DNA of 64,000 nt from Myxococcota bacterium (GTDB taxonomy: Bacteria; Myxococcota_A; Polyangia; Fen-1088): contig JAICYS010000001.1 in assembly GCA_025934105.1 (NCBI GenBank), positions 15,324 through 79,323 of the forward strand. The letters are read 5' to 3'. The notes under the pieces were generated by a model that saw only the letters and a program-made list of their open reading frames with translations, was not told where the DNA came from and searched no databases. Below, one piece after another: positions 17,201-25,873 of the stretch; the stretch's first letter is position 1; every line of letters begins with the position of its first letter. The position numbers and the translations under genes were made by a program.

Positions 17201-20200
17201 CCGTGGGATCGGCCGGGCGGAGGCGCGCCAGCACCTCCCCCGCTCCCCCGACCACCCGGTCCAGGCGGCGAAGCCGCGGGCCGAGATCGATCCCGCCCCG
17301 CCGGATCGCTTCGTAGAACTCGTCGACCCCGACGGGCCGCGGGCAGCGCGACGCGATCGCGGCGGGCGGCTGGGCCGAGGCGGCGGCCGGCTCGCGCGCG
17401 GCGCGCAAGTCCCCGGACGCGTGGACGCTCCAGCCGGCGGCCGAGGGGCTGGCGATGCGAAACGATCCCGCCCCGCCGGCGCGTGGCGTGAACAGCAGCT
17501 GCGCCATCCGGGTCCCCTGCGCGGGCAGCTCCAGCAGCTGCTCCAGGCGAACGTTTTCGACCACGCATCTCGCGCCCCGGCCGAAGATCGCGCGGCCCGC
17601 CTCGAGCGCCATCTCGAGGTAGGCCGCCGGGGTGACGATGGCTCTGCCCGCTACCCGGTGATCGCCCAGATACGGAGACACGGCCGGCGACAGCTCGGCT
17701 TCCCAGACCCGCGTGCCGTCGGGCAGAGTCAATCCGTCGCCGGCCAGCAGCCCCTGTCCGAAGGCCATCGCCGGCCCGCGCCTTCCGTCGGTGCGGGCCG
17801 GCCAGTAGGCCTCGCGCTGCCAGGCGTAGGTGGGCAGCGACACCACGTTCCCCGCCGCCGTGAACAGCCGTTCCCACTCGACCGAGCGTCCGAGCGCGTA
17901 GAGCGACCCCAGCGTGTCCAGCAACGAGCGGCGCTCGTCCTCTTCGCGCCGTGTCGAGCCGAGGGCGGCCCCCGCCATCCCGATCGCCGACAGCGTGCTC
18001 TCGATCGACGGCGCCAGCACCGGCTGGGGGCTGATCTCCAGAAAGATCGCGTGCCCCTCACGCATGAGGCCCTCCAGCGACGGGGGGGACGGCGCCGGTT
18101 GGCGCGGGTTGGTGGCCGACCAGTACGCGGCCCCCATGAGCTCGCCCGGGATCGGCTCCGCCTTGGCCGTCGAATAGATCGGCACCCCCGCCGCGCGCGG
18201 CCGGATCGCCGCCAGCAACGCCTGAAGCTCTGCGCCGAGCGGCGGCTTCCGGCTGCGCAGCACGATGGCGCGCGCGGCGTCGGCCAGGTCCAGCGCACCC
18301 GCCACGTGCGCGGCCGCGACCTCGCCCAGGCCGTCGCCGACCACGGCGTCCGGCTCGATCCCCCACGACCGCCAGAGCGCGGCCAGCGAGACCTGCATCG
18401 CGAAGATCAGCGGGACGGCCACCTCCTCCGTCCACCGCTGCGCGGCCGCGTCCGAGGTCAACATGTCGGCGGCCGACCACCCCGTCACGGCTTCGAGGGC
18501 GGCGTCGCACGCCGCCAGCGAGTCGCGAAACACCTTCTCCGAAAGCAGTCCCCGGCCCATCCCGACCCACTGCGACCCCGGACCGGAGAACACGAAGACG
18601 ATCCGCTCCGCCGCTCCCGCCCGGAGCTCCGGGCGCGCGCCACCGACTTTCGCGGGCGCTTGCTCCTCACCCGCGGCCACCGCGCGCAACCCGTCGACTA
18701 GCTCGCGCCGGGTCGCGCCCACCACCAGGCGGCGAAACCGATGGTGGCTCCGGCGTACCGCCGCGGTGTACGCGACATCGGCCAGCGGGTGCGTGCCCTC
18801 GGCCAAGAACGCCGACCACCGCTCGGCGAGGGCCCGAAGGTCGGCCGGGCTCCGCGCAGAGATCGGCAGCACCATCGGCCGGCCGTCACCGTCGGCGGCC
18901 GCCTGTTCACCGGCGGCCGCCGGCGACGGCACCGCCTCCAACACGGCGTGCGCGTTCGTCCCCGACCAGCCGAACGAGCTCACGCCCGCGATCCAGGGCT
19001 TGCCGTCCGCCGGCCAGGCCAGCGGCTCGCGCGAGACGACGAACGGGGTGTTCTCCAGCGCGATGTGCGGGTTCAGCCGGCGGAAGTTGATCTGCGGCGG
19101 GATGATCCCGCGCGACAACGACAGCGCCGCCTTGATGAGACCGGCCACCCCGGCGGCGCCCTCCGTGTGCCCGAGGTTGGCCTTGAGCGATCCCAGGACG
19201 CAGCGGTCGCCCGCCCCGCGGCCGCGGCCCAGGACCTCCTTGAGGGCCTCGACCTCGATCGGATCGCCCAGCGCGGTTCCCGTCCCGTGGGCCTCGACGT
19301 AGCCGACCGCGGCGGGCGGGACGCCGCCGGCCGCCAGGGCGCGCTCGATCACCTCGCGCTGGGCAGAGCCGGCCGGCGCGGTGAGCCCGTTCGATCGCCC
19401 GTCGTGATTGACCGCGGTCCCGCGCACGATCGCGATCACCCGATCGCGGCTGGCGAGGGCGTCGCCCAAACGCTTGAGGACGACGACGCCGCACCCCTCA
19501 CCGCGGGCGATGCCGTCGGCGCGCGCGTCGAACACCTTGCAACGCCCGTCGCCCGCCAGGAGCTGCATCTCCAGCATCACCCGCATGACCTCGGGCGACA
19601 GCACCAGGTTGACGCCCCCCACGACGGCCAGCGCGGACTCCCGGCGCCGCAGACTCTCGCAGGCCAGGTGAACCGCCACCAGCGACGACGAGCAGGCGGT
19701 GTCGACCACCACGCTCGGGCCGTGCAGATCGAAAATGTAGGACACCCGGCCCGCCAGCATGTTGTTCGACACGCCGGTCCCGGTGTGAGACCCGACGGCC
19801 TGCGGATCGCGCGCGCAGAGCGTCGCGTACTCGCCCCCGCCGCAGGCGCCGATGAAGACGCCGGTCGCCGTCCCGGCCACCGCCTCCAGCGGCAGACCCG
19901 CGTCCTCCAACGCCTCCCAGATGCCCTCCAGGATCAGCCGCTGCTGAGGATCGATCTGGACGGCCTCGCGCGGCGAGATCCCGAACACCGCCGGCTCGAA
20001 CTGGTCGACGCCCTCGATGAAGCCACCCCAGCCGGTCGGCGCCAGGTCGGGGCTCCGCTCGAGCAGCGCTTCGGCGTCCCAGCGTGACTTCGGGACGCGC
20101 GTGATCCCGTCGACGCCGTCGAGGAGCGCGCGCCAGAGCCCGTCGGGCGAGTCGGCGCCCGCGAAGCGGCACGACATCCCCACGATCGCGATCGGCTCGG

Positions 20201-20306
20201 GCGGCTCGCGCAGGAGCTCGGCCAGCAGGCCGCGCTTTTCGGGGCCCAGGGACGCGATCAGCTTCGACAGCTTGTCGGCCGTGGAGGCTCCACCATCCGC
20301 GCTCAT
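14268..20306 (-). CDS. Type I modular PKS, module M8: KS-AT(dead, truncated)-DH(variant)-ER(dead)-KR(dead)-ACP
   Basis: ATG at 20306 (MSADGGASTADKLSKL...) overlaps the upstream TGA (ATGA), with GGAGGAG about 7 nt upstream. The KS is intact (TACSSS, EAHGTGT, NLGHTE). In the AT, GPGSQWVGMG is present, but GHSxG reads GDGLGE (18330..18338) and about 85 aa including the YASH/HAFH region are missing. DH reads LGDHRVAGRAIVTPAAY, DLGPRL instead of YGPxF, and LLDACFQ. The ER-like stretch has VFISDGACPQGRAAARIAAAAG where LIHAAAGGVG is expected. In the KR, TGGLGRLG is present but GHGSDAAASAF replaces GQxNYAAANAF (Asp codon 14958..14960 at the catalytic Tyr position). ACP is LGFDSL (Ser 14544..14546). 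Confidence 0.88.
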   Translation of the reverse strand: MSADGGASTADKLSKLIASLGPEKRGLLAELLREPPEPIAIVGMSCRFAGADSPDGLWRALLDGVDGITRVPKSRWDAEALLERSPDLAPTGWGGFIEGVDQFEPAVFGISPREAVQIDPQQRLILEGIWEALEDAGLPLEAVAGTATGVFIGACGGGEYATLCARDPQAVGSHTGTGVSNNMLAGRVSYIFDLHGPSVVVDTACSSSLVAVHLACESLRRRESALAVVGGVNLVLSPEVMRVMLEMQLLAGDGRCKVFDARADGIARGEGCGVVVLKRLGDALASRDRVIAIVRGTAVNHDGRSNGLTAPAGSAQREVIERALAAGGVPPAAVGYVEAHGTGTALGDPIEVEALKEVLGRGRGAGDRCVLGSLKANLGHTEGAAGVAGLIKAALSLSRGIIPPQINFRRLNPHIALENTPFVVSREPLAWPADGKPWIAGVSSFGWSGTNAHAVLEAVPSPAAAGEQAAADGDGRPMVLPISARSPADLRALAERWSAFLAEGTHPLADVAYTAAVRRSHHRFRRLVVGATRRELVDGLRAVAAGEEQAPAKVGGARPELRAGAAERIVFVFSGPGSQWVGMGRGLLSEKVFRDSLAACDAALEAVTGWSAADMLTSDAAAQRWTEEVAVPLIFAMQVSLAALWRSWGIEPDAVVGDGLGEVAAAHVAGALDLADAARAIVLRSRKPPLGAELQALLAAIRPRAAGVPIYSTAKAEPIPGELMGAAYWSATNPRQPAPSPPSLEGLMREGHAIFLEISPQPVLAPSIESTLSAIGMAGAALGSTRREEDERRSLLDTLGSLYALGRSVEWERLFTAAGNVVSLPTYAWQREAYWPARTDGRRGPAMAFGQGLLAGDGLTLPDGTRVWEAELSPAVSPYLGDHRVAGRAIVTPAAYLEMALEAGRAIFGRGARCVVENVRLEQLLELPAQGTRMAQLLFTPRAGGAGSFRIASPSAAGWSVHASGDLRAAREPAAASAQPPAAIASRCPRPVGVDEFYEAIRRGGIDLGPRLRRLDRVVGGAGEVLARLRPADPTARAMAGEVDPTLLDACFQASGAAISTVAPGLLVPVAIGSVVVGARPEGALSAHACIVDQSARGDRPRGDVLLLGEDGQVFVELRDLQFQRVGPSRRLVDDWMFAVDWEPQSLPAPPARAGNAWVALGDEALAGALRQPVEEAGHRLAFSPDVAQAVRRLSASADPDVGGIVYLAPDVGAEAIADGAVETWAGVLAIVETVAAAKLARPPRLWLVTRGAQPAGGGPVAPALAALWGLGRTIALEHPELRCACVDLPASPDADALAALADELRSDLDENQIALRGRERRVARLTRARAGDRRPRPARGRSFHLAGDGLRAFARREPAAGEVELAVSAATLDRTPGRPAACAGRITAVGPTAAARFAVGDEVVALVAQEPATHVAIDAGAVIPLPPALGAQLAAATLPIVAAAHHAVVGLARVGREAVFISDGACPQGRAAARIAAAAGASVVALGGAPGERFRTIPPDSSPADALAANGGRRYDVVIGTGAAWDDLSDPNWSALLAPLGRWVSAGPSSATPTPPNVWRLTADLRALAVEAPAGLAAAIQGAEGHLAALGGAVDVRGVPIAQLEAQLGAAAGQRGPLTVVTMDDPETPIAAAETAPAIGGDTYLVTGGLGRLGLETARWLVAKGARHLVLADRRDPPPEAGQAIGELAAGGVEVVVARCDVAEPREVAGLLERIRTEMPALRGIVHAAGAIDDGGLERVMAPKVRGAWNLHTRTRGTSSLDFFVMFSSSGAVLGSPGHGSDAAASAFLDGLAHLRAAAGLPAISIGWDAGLAAADAMAALDRVLELSAPQIAVMRLELRGPGDAAGLPSAWPLLSRLLSERAPQAAPAARLRDELAALAPSERRHRLQTEVKAEIAGLLRLPAAAVDAAAPLNALGFDSLMDLELRDRLEARFGMRLPSTVLWASRSIEELVPYLAKLMGAPVDEEAPPNQAAAAPAEPPTEADLLPDDQIEAALLAKLDRLDRTEEDHA
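14880..15378 (-). other. M8 KR catalytic subdomain with Tyr->Asp and Asn->Ser
   Basis: [12 protein letters not shown] sits at about 15345..15378. SSSGAVLGSPGHGSDAAASAFLDGLAH was checked on the DNA (14935..14990). The segment between HAAG and PKV is also shortened (AIDDGGLERVMAPKV). Confidence 0.75.
15440..16290 (-). other. M8 ER-like region lacking the NADPH-binding motif
   Basis: The MDR-like layout is retained (GEVELAVSAA..., AATLPIVAAAHHAVVGLARV). LxHxxxGGVG is replaced by FISDGACPQG (about 15850..15935), and there is no EIGKRD-like segment. Confidence 0.7.
18000..18610 (-). other. M8 AT remnant (about 200 aa; GDG in place of GHS; small subdomain deleted)
   Basis: Runs from RIVFVFSGPGSQWVGMG (about 18550..18600) to GHAIFLEISPQPVL (about 18000..18060). 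D658 sits at 18333..18335 and G659 (the Ser position) at 18330..18332. Confidence 0.8.
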
Positions 20307-23300
20307 TTCAGCTCCTCCAGGGTCTTCAGCAGCAAGGACTCGACCTCCAGCTCGGACAGCGCCGCGATGCGGGCGGCAGCCGCCGCGGTCTCGTCGGGCG
20401 GCGCGCCGGCGGCCGGCGACGTCGCTTGCTCCGGCGTCTCTTGCTCGTCGAGGCCCAGGCTCCGACAGACGTAGTCGGTCAGACCCTCGACGGTCGGGTA
20501 GTTGAAGAGCACCGTCGCCGGCAAGCGACATCCGACCGTCGATTCCAGCCGGTTGCGAAGCTCCACCACCATGAGCGAGGTCATCCCCATCTCGTTGAAG
20601 CTGAGAGAGGTCTGCGACGCGGTCAGCTCCTCGAAGCCCAGCACCTGCGCCACTTCGGCGCGCACGTGCGCGGTGACGAGGTCGCGCCGCCGCTCCGGCG
20701 CGGTCTCCCGCAGGCGGCGAAGAACCTCCGTCTCGCCGCTCGGCGCCGGCCGCGCCTCGGCGCCGGTCGCGGCGCGCGGCAGGAGGTGGCGCGCGAACGC
20801 CGCCAGGCCCGTGCGGCCGGCCCCGGCGGCCAGCCTGGACCAGTCCAGGTTGGCGACCGCGGCTTGAGTGGCCTGGTCCACGAGGAGCCTGTCCAGGGCG
20901 GCCAGCGCGGCGGCCGGCTCCAGCGGGGCGACGCCCCGGGAGGCGCGGCGCCGCTCCTCGTCGGAGCTCGCGGACGCCATGCCGCCCGACGCCCAAGGGC
21001 CCCAGTTCACGCTGAGCGCGGGCAGCCCCTGGTGGCGGCGGTGGTGCGCCAGCGCGTCCAGGAACGCGTTGGCGGCCGCGTAGTTCGCCTGGCCCGGCGA
21101 TCCCAGCAGCGCCGCCAGCGACGAGAACAGCACGAAACAGTCGAGCGGCAGGCCGCGCGTGGCCGCGTGCAGGTGCCAGGCTCCCGCGATCTTCGGCGCC
21201 ATCACGGGCACGAACCGGTCCCAGCTCTGGTCGTCGAGGAGGGCGTCATCCAGCACGCCGGCCGCGTGGAACACGCCCCGCAGCGGCGCCGCCGGCGAGA
21301 GGTCCGCCAGGATCCGGGCCACGTCGGCCGCACGCGAGACATCCGCGCGCACGACGGCGATCTCGGCGCCGCGCCCGCGCAATTCGGCGATCGCCGCCCG
21401 CGCCTCTTCGGAAGCAGGCGAGCGCCCTGCCAGCATCAGGTGGCGCGCGCCGCGGTCGACGGCCCAGGACGCGATCTGCAGGCCGATCGCGCCCAGCCCG
21501 CCGGTGACCAGGTAAGTCCCCGACGGCGAGAAGGACGGCAGCCCGCCGGCGCTCCCCCGGGCGGCCAGCAGCCGCGGCGCCCATCGCTGGCCGCCGCGGA
21601 TCGCGACCTCCCGCTCGTCGTCGCGTGACGTGATCTCGACGGCCAGGGCCTCCACCGTCGCCGCGTCATCCCCGTCGACGTCGACGATCACGCAGTCGAG
21701 GCCCGGCACCTCCAGCGCCGCCACCCGGCGCAGCCCCCAGATGGCCGCCTGCGCGAGGCCATCCGCGGTCGGACCGGCTCCCGCCGCCGCCGCGCCGCGG
21801 GTCACGATCGTGATCGCCGGCCTCGCGCCGCCGCCCGCGCCGTCCAGCGCGCGCAGCAGCAGGAGCAGCGGCTCCACCGCCGGCCGCTGCGCGCCCACCA
21901 GCGCGTCGCCGCCGCCGGCGGCGCGTCCGTCGAGCGCCCAGAGGTGGACGATGCCGGCCACCGACCCGCCGTCGCGGGTGGCGTGCTCGAGCAGCGCGCG
22001 GTAGTGCGCGGCGTCGCTGGGATCGATGGCGGCCCGGTCGGGCCCGAGGGCGAGCGCCTCGGCTCGCTCCACCACCACGCACGAATGTCCCGCCTGGCGC
22101 AGCCGGGCCAGGAGGCGCTCCGACAGCCCGCCCTCGCCGGCCAGGATCAACCAGCGGCCGGCGGACGGCTGGTCGAGCGGCGCCTCCGCGCGCGGCGCCG
22201 GTTGCCAGTCCACCTCGTAGCGGGGAGCTCCCCCCTGGTCCTGGTTGCGCAGGAACAGCTCCCGCGGCGCGCGGCGGACCATCAACCCGGTGATGCCGAG
22301 GACCCGGCTCCCGTCGTCGGCGTGAAGCGACACGGCCCCGTCCAGCACGTCGCCCGATCCGCGGACGTTCAGGGAGGCGTGTCCCCACAGCGCGCGCGGC
22401 GCCGCACGCTCCAGCGCCACCCGTTCGATGCTCATCGGCAGGTAGATTTCGCGGTCCGCGTCGGGGCCGACCAGGACCACACCCAGGAGCTGCATGGCGG
22501 AATCGATCAGGACCGGGTGGATGGACCGGCCGCCCAGATCGAGCGCCGCGTCGGGGCGCCGGATTCCGCCCAGGACCTCGCTGCCGCCGCGTCGCAGGCT
22601 CACGATCCCCTGGAACGAAGGCCGCAGGTCGATTCCGACCTGGCGGAGCTGGTCGTAATAGAGGCCCGCGTCGTAGCTCTCGGGCAGCCGGGCGCGCACG
22701 GCCTCGAGGTCGGCGGACGCGTCCGGCGCGAGCGCGCCGGCACAGAGTTCGCCGACCGCGTGCTGGCGCCAGCCCGGACCGCCGCTGCGCCGGTCGCGGC
22801 TGACGATCCGAAACCGATGGCGGCCGGGACCGACCGGCGCGAGCACGATCTGGACGGTGGTCGCCGCCTGCTCGTCCAGCACCAGCGGCTCCTCGAACAC
22901 GACGCGCTCGGCGGCCGGCCGGTCGGTCTGCAGCACCTCGCCCGCAGCCATCAGCGCCAGGGCCACGTGCGCGGCGGCGGGAACGACGATGCGGTCGTAG
23001 ACCCGGTGGTCGGACAGGAACGGCAGCGCGCCGACGCTGAGCTGGGACTCGAAGATCCGCTGGTCGATCCCCAGCGCCAGCGGCCGGCCGAGCAGCGGAT
23101 TGACCGGAGGCTCGCCCGGCTCGCCCTCCCGGCGCGACGCCGCGGCCGGGCCTTCGAACCAGTGGCGCTTGCGCTCGAACGGATAGGTGGGCAGCGGGAC
23201 GCGCACCCGCTCGGGACCTGCGTCGAAGCGCTGCCAATCGACCTCGATCCCGCCCAAAAACAGCTCGCCGGCCGCGCGCGCCATCTGCTCGGCGGCGGGC

Positions 23301-25873
23301 TTGCCCTTGGACAGCGAACCGACGCAGACCGTCGCGCGGCGGTCCGCCCGCTCGACCAGGGCCAGCAGCACGGGCGCCGCGCCGATCTCCACGAAGGCGT
23401 CGCACCGTTCGGCGCGCAGCGCCTGCATCGCCTCGACGAAGCGCACCGGCTCGCGCAGGTGGCGCCGCCAGTAGCTGCTGTCGCACAGCTCGCCGTCCGC
23501 CACGCCGCCCGTGACCGCCGAGACGTAGGTGCACGCGGGCCGCGCCAGCCGCACGCCGGCCACCATCGCCTCGAACGGCTGAAGGACTTCGTCGAACACC
23601 GCCGAGTGGAAGGCGTTCGCCACCGCCAGTCGGGTGGTCACCATCCCGGCGGCGGTCAGCTCGCCGGCGGCCGCCTGCAGCGGCTCGTGCGGGCCCGAGA
23701 TGACGACGTTGCTGGCGGCGTTGTGCGCCGCCACCACCACCTGCGGGTGCCGCGACAGCGCGGCCTCGACCTCCAGCCGTCCCGCGTGAACGACGGCCAT
23801 CCCTCCCCGGCCGGGCACCGCCGCCATCAGCTTCGATCGTTCCACGATCAGCCGCACGGCGTCCTCGACCGACAGGACTCCGGCCGCCCAGGCCGCGGCG
23901 TACTCGCCCACGCTGTGACCCACGACCACCGACGGTTCGATCCCCCAGGATCGCCAGAGCTCGACCAGCGCCTGCTGGATCGCGAAGGTCGAGATGGCCG
24001 CGTAGGTCGTCTCGTCGATCCGCGCCGCCGCGCCGGCCGCGGGATAGAGGATCGACAGCAGCCGATCGCCGAGCGCGTCCCCCACCAGCGCGTCGCAGCG
24101 GTCGACGGCCCGGCGAAAGACCGGTTCGGCCTGGTACAGCTGCTCGCCCATCCCCGGGTACTGGGCCCCCTGGCCGCCAAACAGGAAGGCGATGCGCGGA
24201 TCCGACCGGCGGCTGACAGGGCCGCGCGCCGCCGTCGAGGGGGCGCCCTCCCGGTGAACCCGCGCCAGCTGCTCGCGCAGGTGGTCGACCGATCGCGCGA
24301 CCAGCGCCAGCCGGTGTGGCAAGCGGGCCCGGCCGGCGTTCGCCGTGAAGCACACGTCCGCCAGCGACGGCGCCTCGGCGCTGGCCAGCGTCTCGGCGTA
24401 CCGGCGCGCCAGCTCGCGCAACGCGCCGTCGCTCCGGGCGCTCAGCACGAACAGATGAGCAGGCCGGGCCGGTCCGACCGCCGCGGGGCGCGCCGGCGGC
24501 GGTTCGCCGACCACCAGGTGAGCGTTGGTGCCGCTGATCCCGAACGAGCTGACGGCGGCCAGCCGCGGACGCTCCCCGGGTGTCCAGGCCACGGTCTCGG
24601 TGGGAACGTAGAACGGCGTGCCGGCCAGCGAGATGCGCGGATTCAGCGTGCGAAAGTGCAGGCTGGCCGGGATGGCCTGGTGCTCGAGGGCCAGCACGGT
24701 CTTGATCAGGCCGGCGATGCCCGCCGCCGCCTCGAGATGGCCAAGGTTGGTTTTGACGGACGCCAGCGCGCAAGTGCCGCCGCCAGCGCGGGGCGCCCCG
24801 TAGACCTCGGTGAGCGCGGCGACCTCGATCGGATCTCCCAGCGAGGTGCCGGTCCCGTGCGCTTCGACGTACGAGACGTCCTGCGGCGAGACGCCGCCGC
24901 GCGAGAGCGCTTCGCGCAGCACGCTCTGCTGCGCGAGCACGTTGGGGGCGGTCAGCCCGGACGAGCGACCGTCCTGGTTGACGGCGCTGCCGCGGATGAC
25001 GGCGAGCACCCGATCGCGCTGCGCGAGCGCGTCGGAGAGGCGCTTCAGCACCACGACGCCGCACCCCTCGCCGCGGACGAACCCGTTCGCGCCGGCGTCG
25101 AACGCCTTGCAGCGCCCGTCCGGCGACAGCGCGTGGTACTTCGACACGGCGATCGACGTCGCCGGCGAGAGCATCACGTTCACGCCCGCCGCCAGGGCCA
25201 CGTCGCTTTCGCGCCCGCGCAGGCTCTGGCAGGCGAGGTGAACGCAGACCAGCGACGACGAGCAGGCCGTGTCGACGGCGACGGCGGGCCCCTGCAGGCC
25301 CAGCACGTACGAGATCCGGCCAGCCGCGGTGCTGAAGGCCGTGCCGGTGCCGCTGAACGGACCGATGTGCTCGAAGCTGCTGAAGTCCTGCACGTAGGCG
25401 TAATCGAGGGTGCTGATGCCCAGGAAGACACCCGCCCGCCGGCCGACCAGGGCATCGGCCGACTGCCCGCCGTGCTCCAGGGCCTCCCAGGCCACTTCCA
25501 GCAGCAGCCGCTGCTGAGGATCCAGGTCCGCGGCCTCGCGGGGCGAGATGCCGAAGAACTCCGCGTCGAATTCGTCGACGCGATCGAGAAACGCGCCCCA
25601 GCGGCTGCTCATCTTGCCGGGCGCGTCGGGATCTGGATCGTAGAAGGCGTCGGCGTCCCACCGGGCGCCCGGGATCTCACCGACGGCATCCGTGCGGTCC
25701 GCCAGCAGCCGCCAGAACGCCTCCGGCCCGTCGGCGCGCGGGAAGCGGCAACCGACGCCGACCACCGCGATGGGCTCGGTGCGCTCCCGCTCCAGCTCCT
25801 CGACCTTGGCCTGCAGGCGCTTGACCGCCAGGAGGGCGCGCTTGACGGTCTCGTCGGCCGATCCGGTCCCCAT
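20303..25873 (-). CDS. Type I modular PKS, module M7: KS-AT(malonyl-type)-DH-KR-ACP
   Basis: ATG at 25873 shares one nt with the upstream TGA (TGATG), and AAGGAGG lies 6 nt upstream. The N-terminal coil is ETVKRALLAVKRLQAKVEELERERTEPIAVVG. Motifs seen: KS TACSSS / EAHGTGT / NLGHLE; AT GGQGAQYPGMG, GHSVGEYAAA, ETTYA upstream motif, NAFHS; DH NPLLG plus LSDHRVYDRIVVPAAAH; no ER; [28 protein letters not shown]; ACP MGMTSL (Ser 20576..20578). Confidence 0.9.
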   Translation of the reverse strand: MGTGSADETVKRALLAVKRLQAKVEELERERTEPIAVVGVGCRFPRADGPEAFWRLLADRTDAVGEIPGARWDADAFYDPDPDAPGKMSSRWGAFLDRVDEFDAEFFGISPREAADLDPQQRLLLEVAWEALEHGGQSADALVGRRAGVFLGISTLDYAYVQDFSSFEHIGPFSGTGTAFSTAAGRISYVLGLQGPAVAVDTACSSSLVCVHLACQSLRGRESDVALAAGVNVMLSPATSIAVSKYHALSPDGRCKAFDAGANGFVRGEGCGVVVLKRLSDALAQRDRVLAVIRGSAVNQDGRSSGLTAPNVLAQQSVLREALSRGGVSPQDVSYVEAHGTGTSLGDPIEVAALTEVYGAPRAGGGTCALASVKTNLGHLEAAAGIAGLIKTVLALEHQAIPASLHFRTLNPRISLAGTPFYVPTETVAWTPGERPRLAAVSSFGISGTNAHLVVGEPPPARPAAVGPARPAHLFVLSARSDGALRELARRYAETLASAEAPSLADVCFTANAGRARLPHRLALVARSVDHLREQLARVHREGAPSTAARGPVSRRSDPRIAFLFGGQGAQYPGMGEQLYQAEPVFRRAVDRCDALVGDALGDRLLSILYPAAGAAARIDETTYAAISTFAIQQALVELWRSWGIEPSVVVGHSVGEYAAAWAAGVLSVEDAVRLIVERSKLMAAVPGRGGMAVVHAGRLEVEAALSRHPQVVVAAHNAASNVVISGPHEPLQAAAGELTAAGMVTTRLAVANAFHSAVFDEVLQPFEAMVAGVRLARPACTYVSAVTGGVADGELCDSSYWRRHLREPVRFVEAMQALRAERCDAFVEIGAAPVLLALVERADRRATVCVGSLSKGKPAAEQMARAAGELFLGGIEVDWQRFDAGPERVRVPLPTYPFERKRHWFEGPAAASRREGEPGEPPVNPLLGRPLALGIDQRIFESQLSVGALPFLSDHRVYDRIVVPAAAHVALALMAAGEVLQTDRPAAERVVFEEPLVLDEQAATTVQIVLAPVGPGRHRFRIVSRDRRSGGPGWRQHAVGELCAGALAPDASADLEAVRARLPESYDAGLYYDQLRQVGIDLRPSFQGIVSLRRGGSEVLGGIRRPDAALDLGGRSIHPVLIDSAMQLLGVVLVGPDADREIYLPMSIERVALERAAPRALWGHASLNVRGSGDVLDGAVSLHADDGSRVLGITGLMVRRAPRELFLRNQDQGGAPRYEVDWQPAPRAEAPLDQPSAGRWLILAGEGGLSERLLARLRQAGHSCVVVERAEALALGPDRAAIDPSDAAHYRALLEHATRDGGSVAGIVHLWALDGRAAGGGDALVGAQRPAVEPLLLLLRALDGAGGGARPAITIVTRGAAAAGAGPTADGLAQAAIWGLRRVAALEVPGLDCVIVDVDGDDAATVEALAVEITSRDDEREVAIRGGQRWAPRLLAARGSAGGLPSFSPSGTYLVTGGLGAIGLQIASWAVDRGARHLMLAGRSPASEEARAAIAELRGRGAEIAVVRADVSRAADVARILADLSPAAPLRGVFHAAGVLDDALLDDQSWDRFVPVMAPKIAGAWHLHAATRGLPLDCFVLFSSLAALLGSPGQANYAAANAFLDALAHHRRHQGLPALSVNWGPWASGGMASASSDEERRRASRGVAPLEPAAALAALDRLLVDQATQAAVANLDWSRLAAGAGRTGLAAFARHLLPRAATGAEARPAPSGETEVLRRLRETAPERRRDLVTAHVRAEVAQVLGFEELTASQTSLSFNEMGMTSLMVVELRNRLESTVGCRLPATVLFNYPTVEGLTDYVCRSLGLDEQETPEQATSPAAGAPPDETAAAAARIAALSELEVESLLLKTLEELK

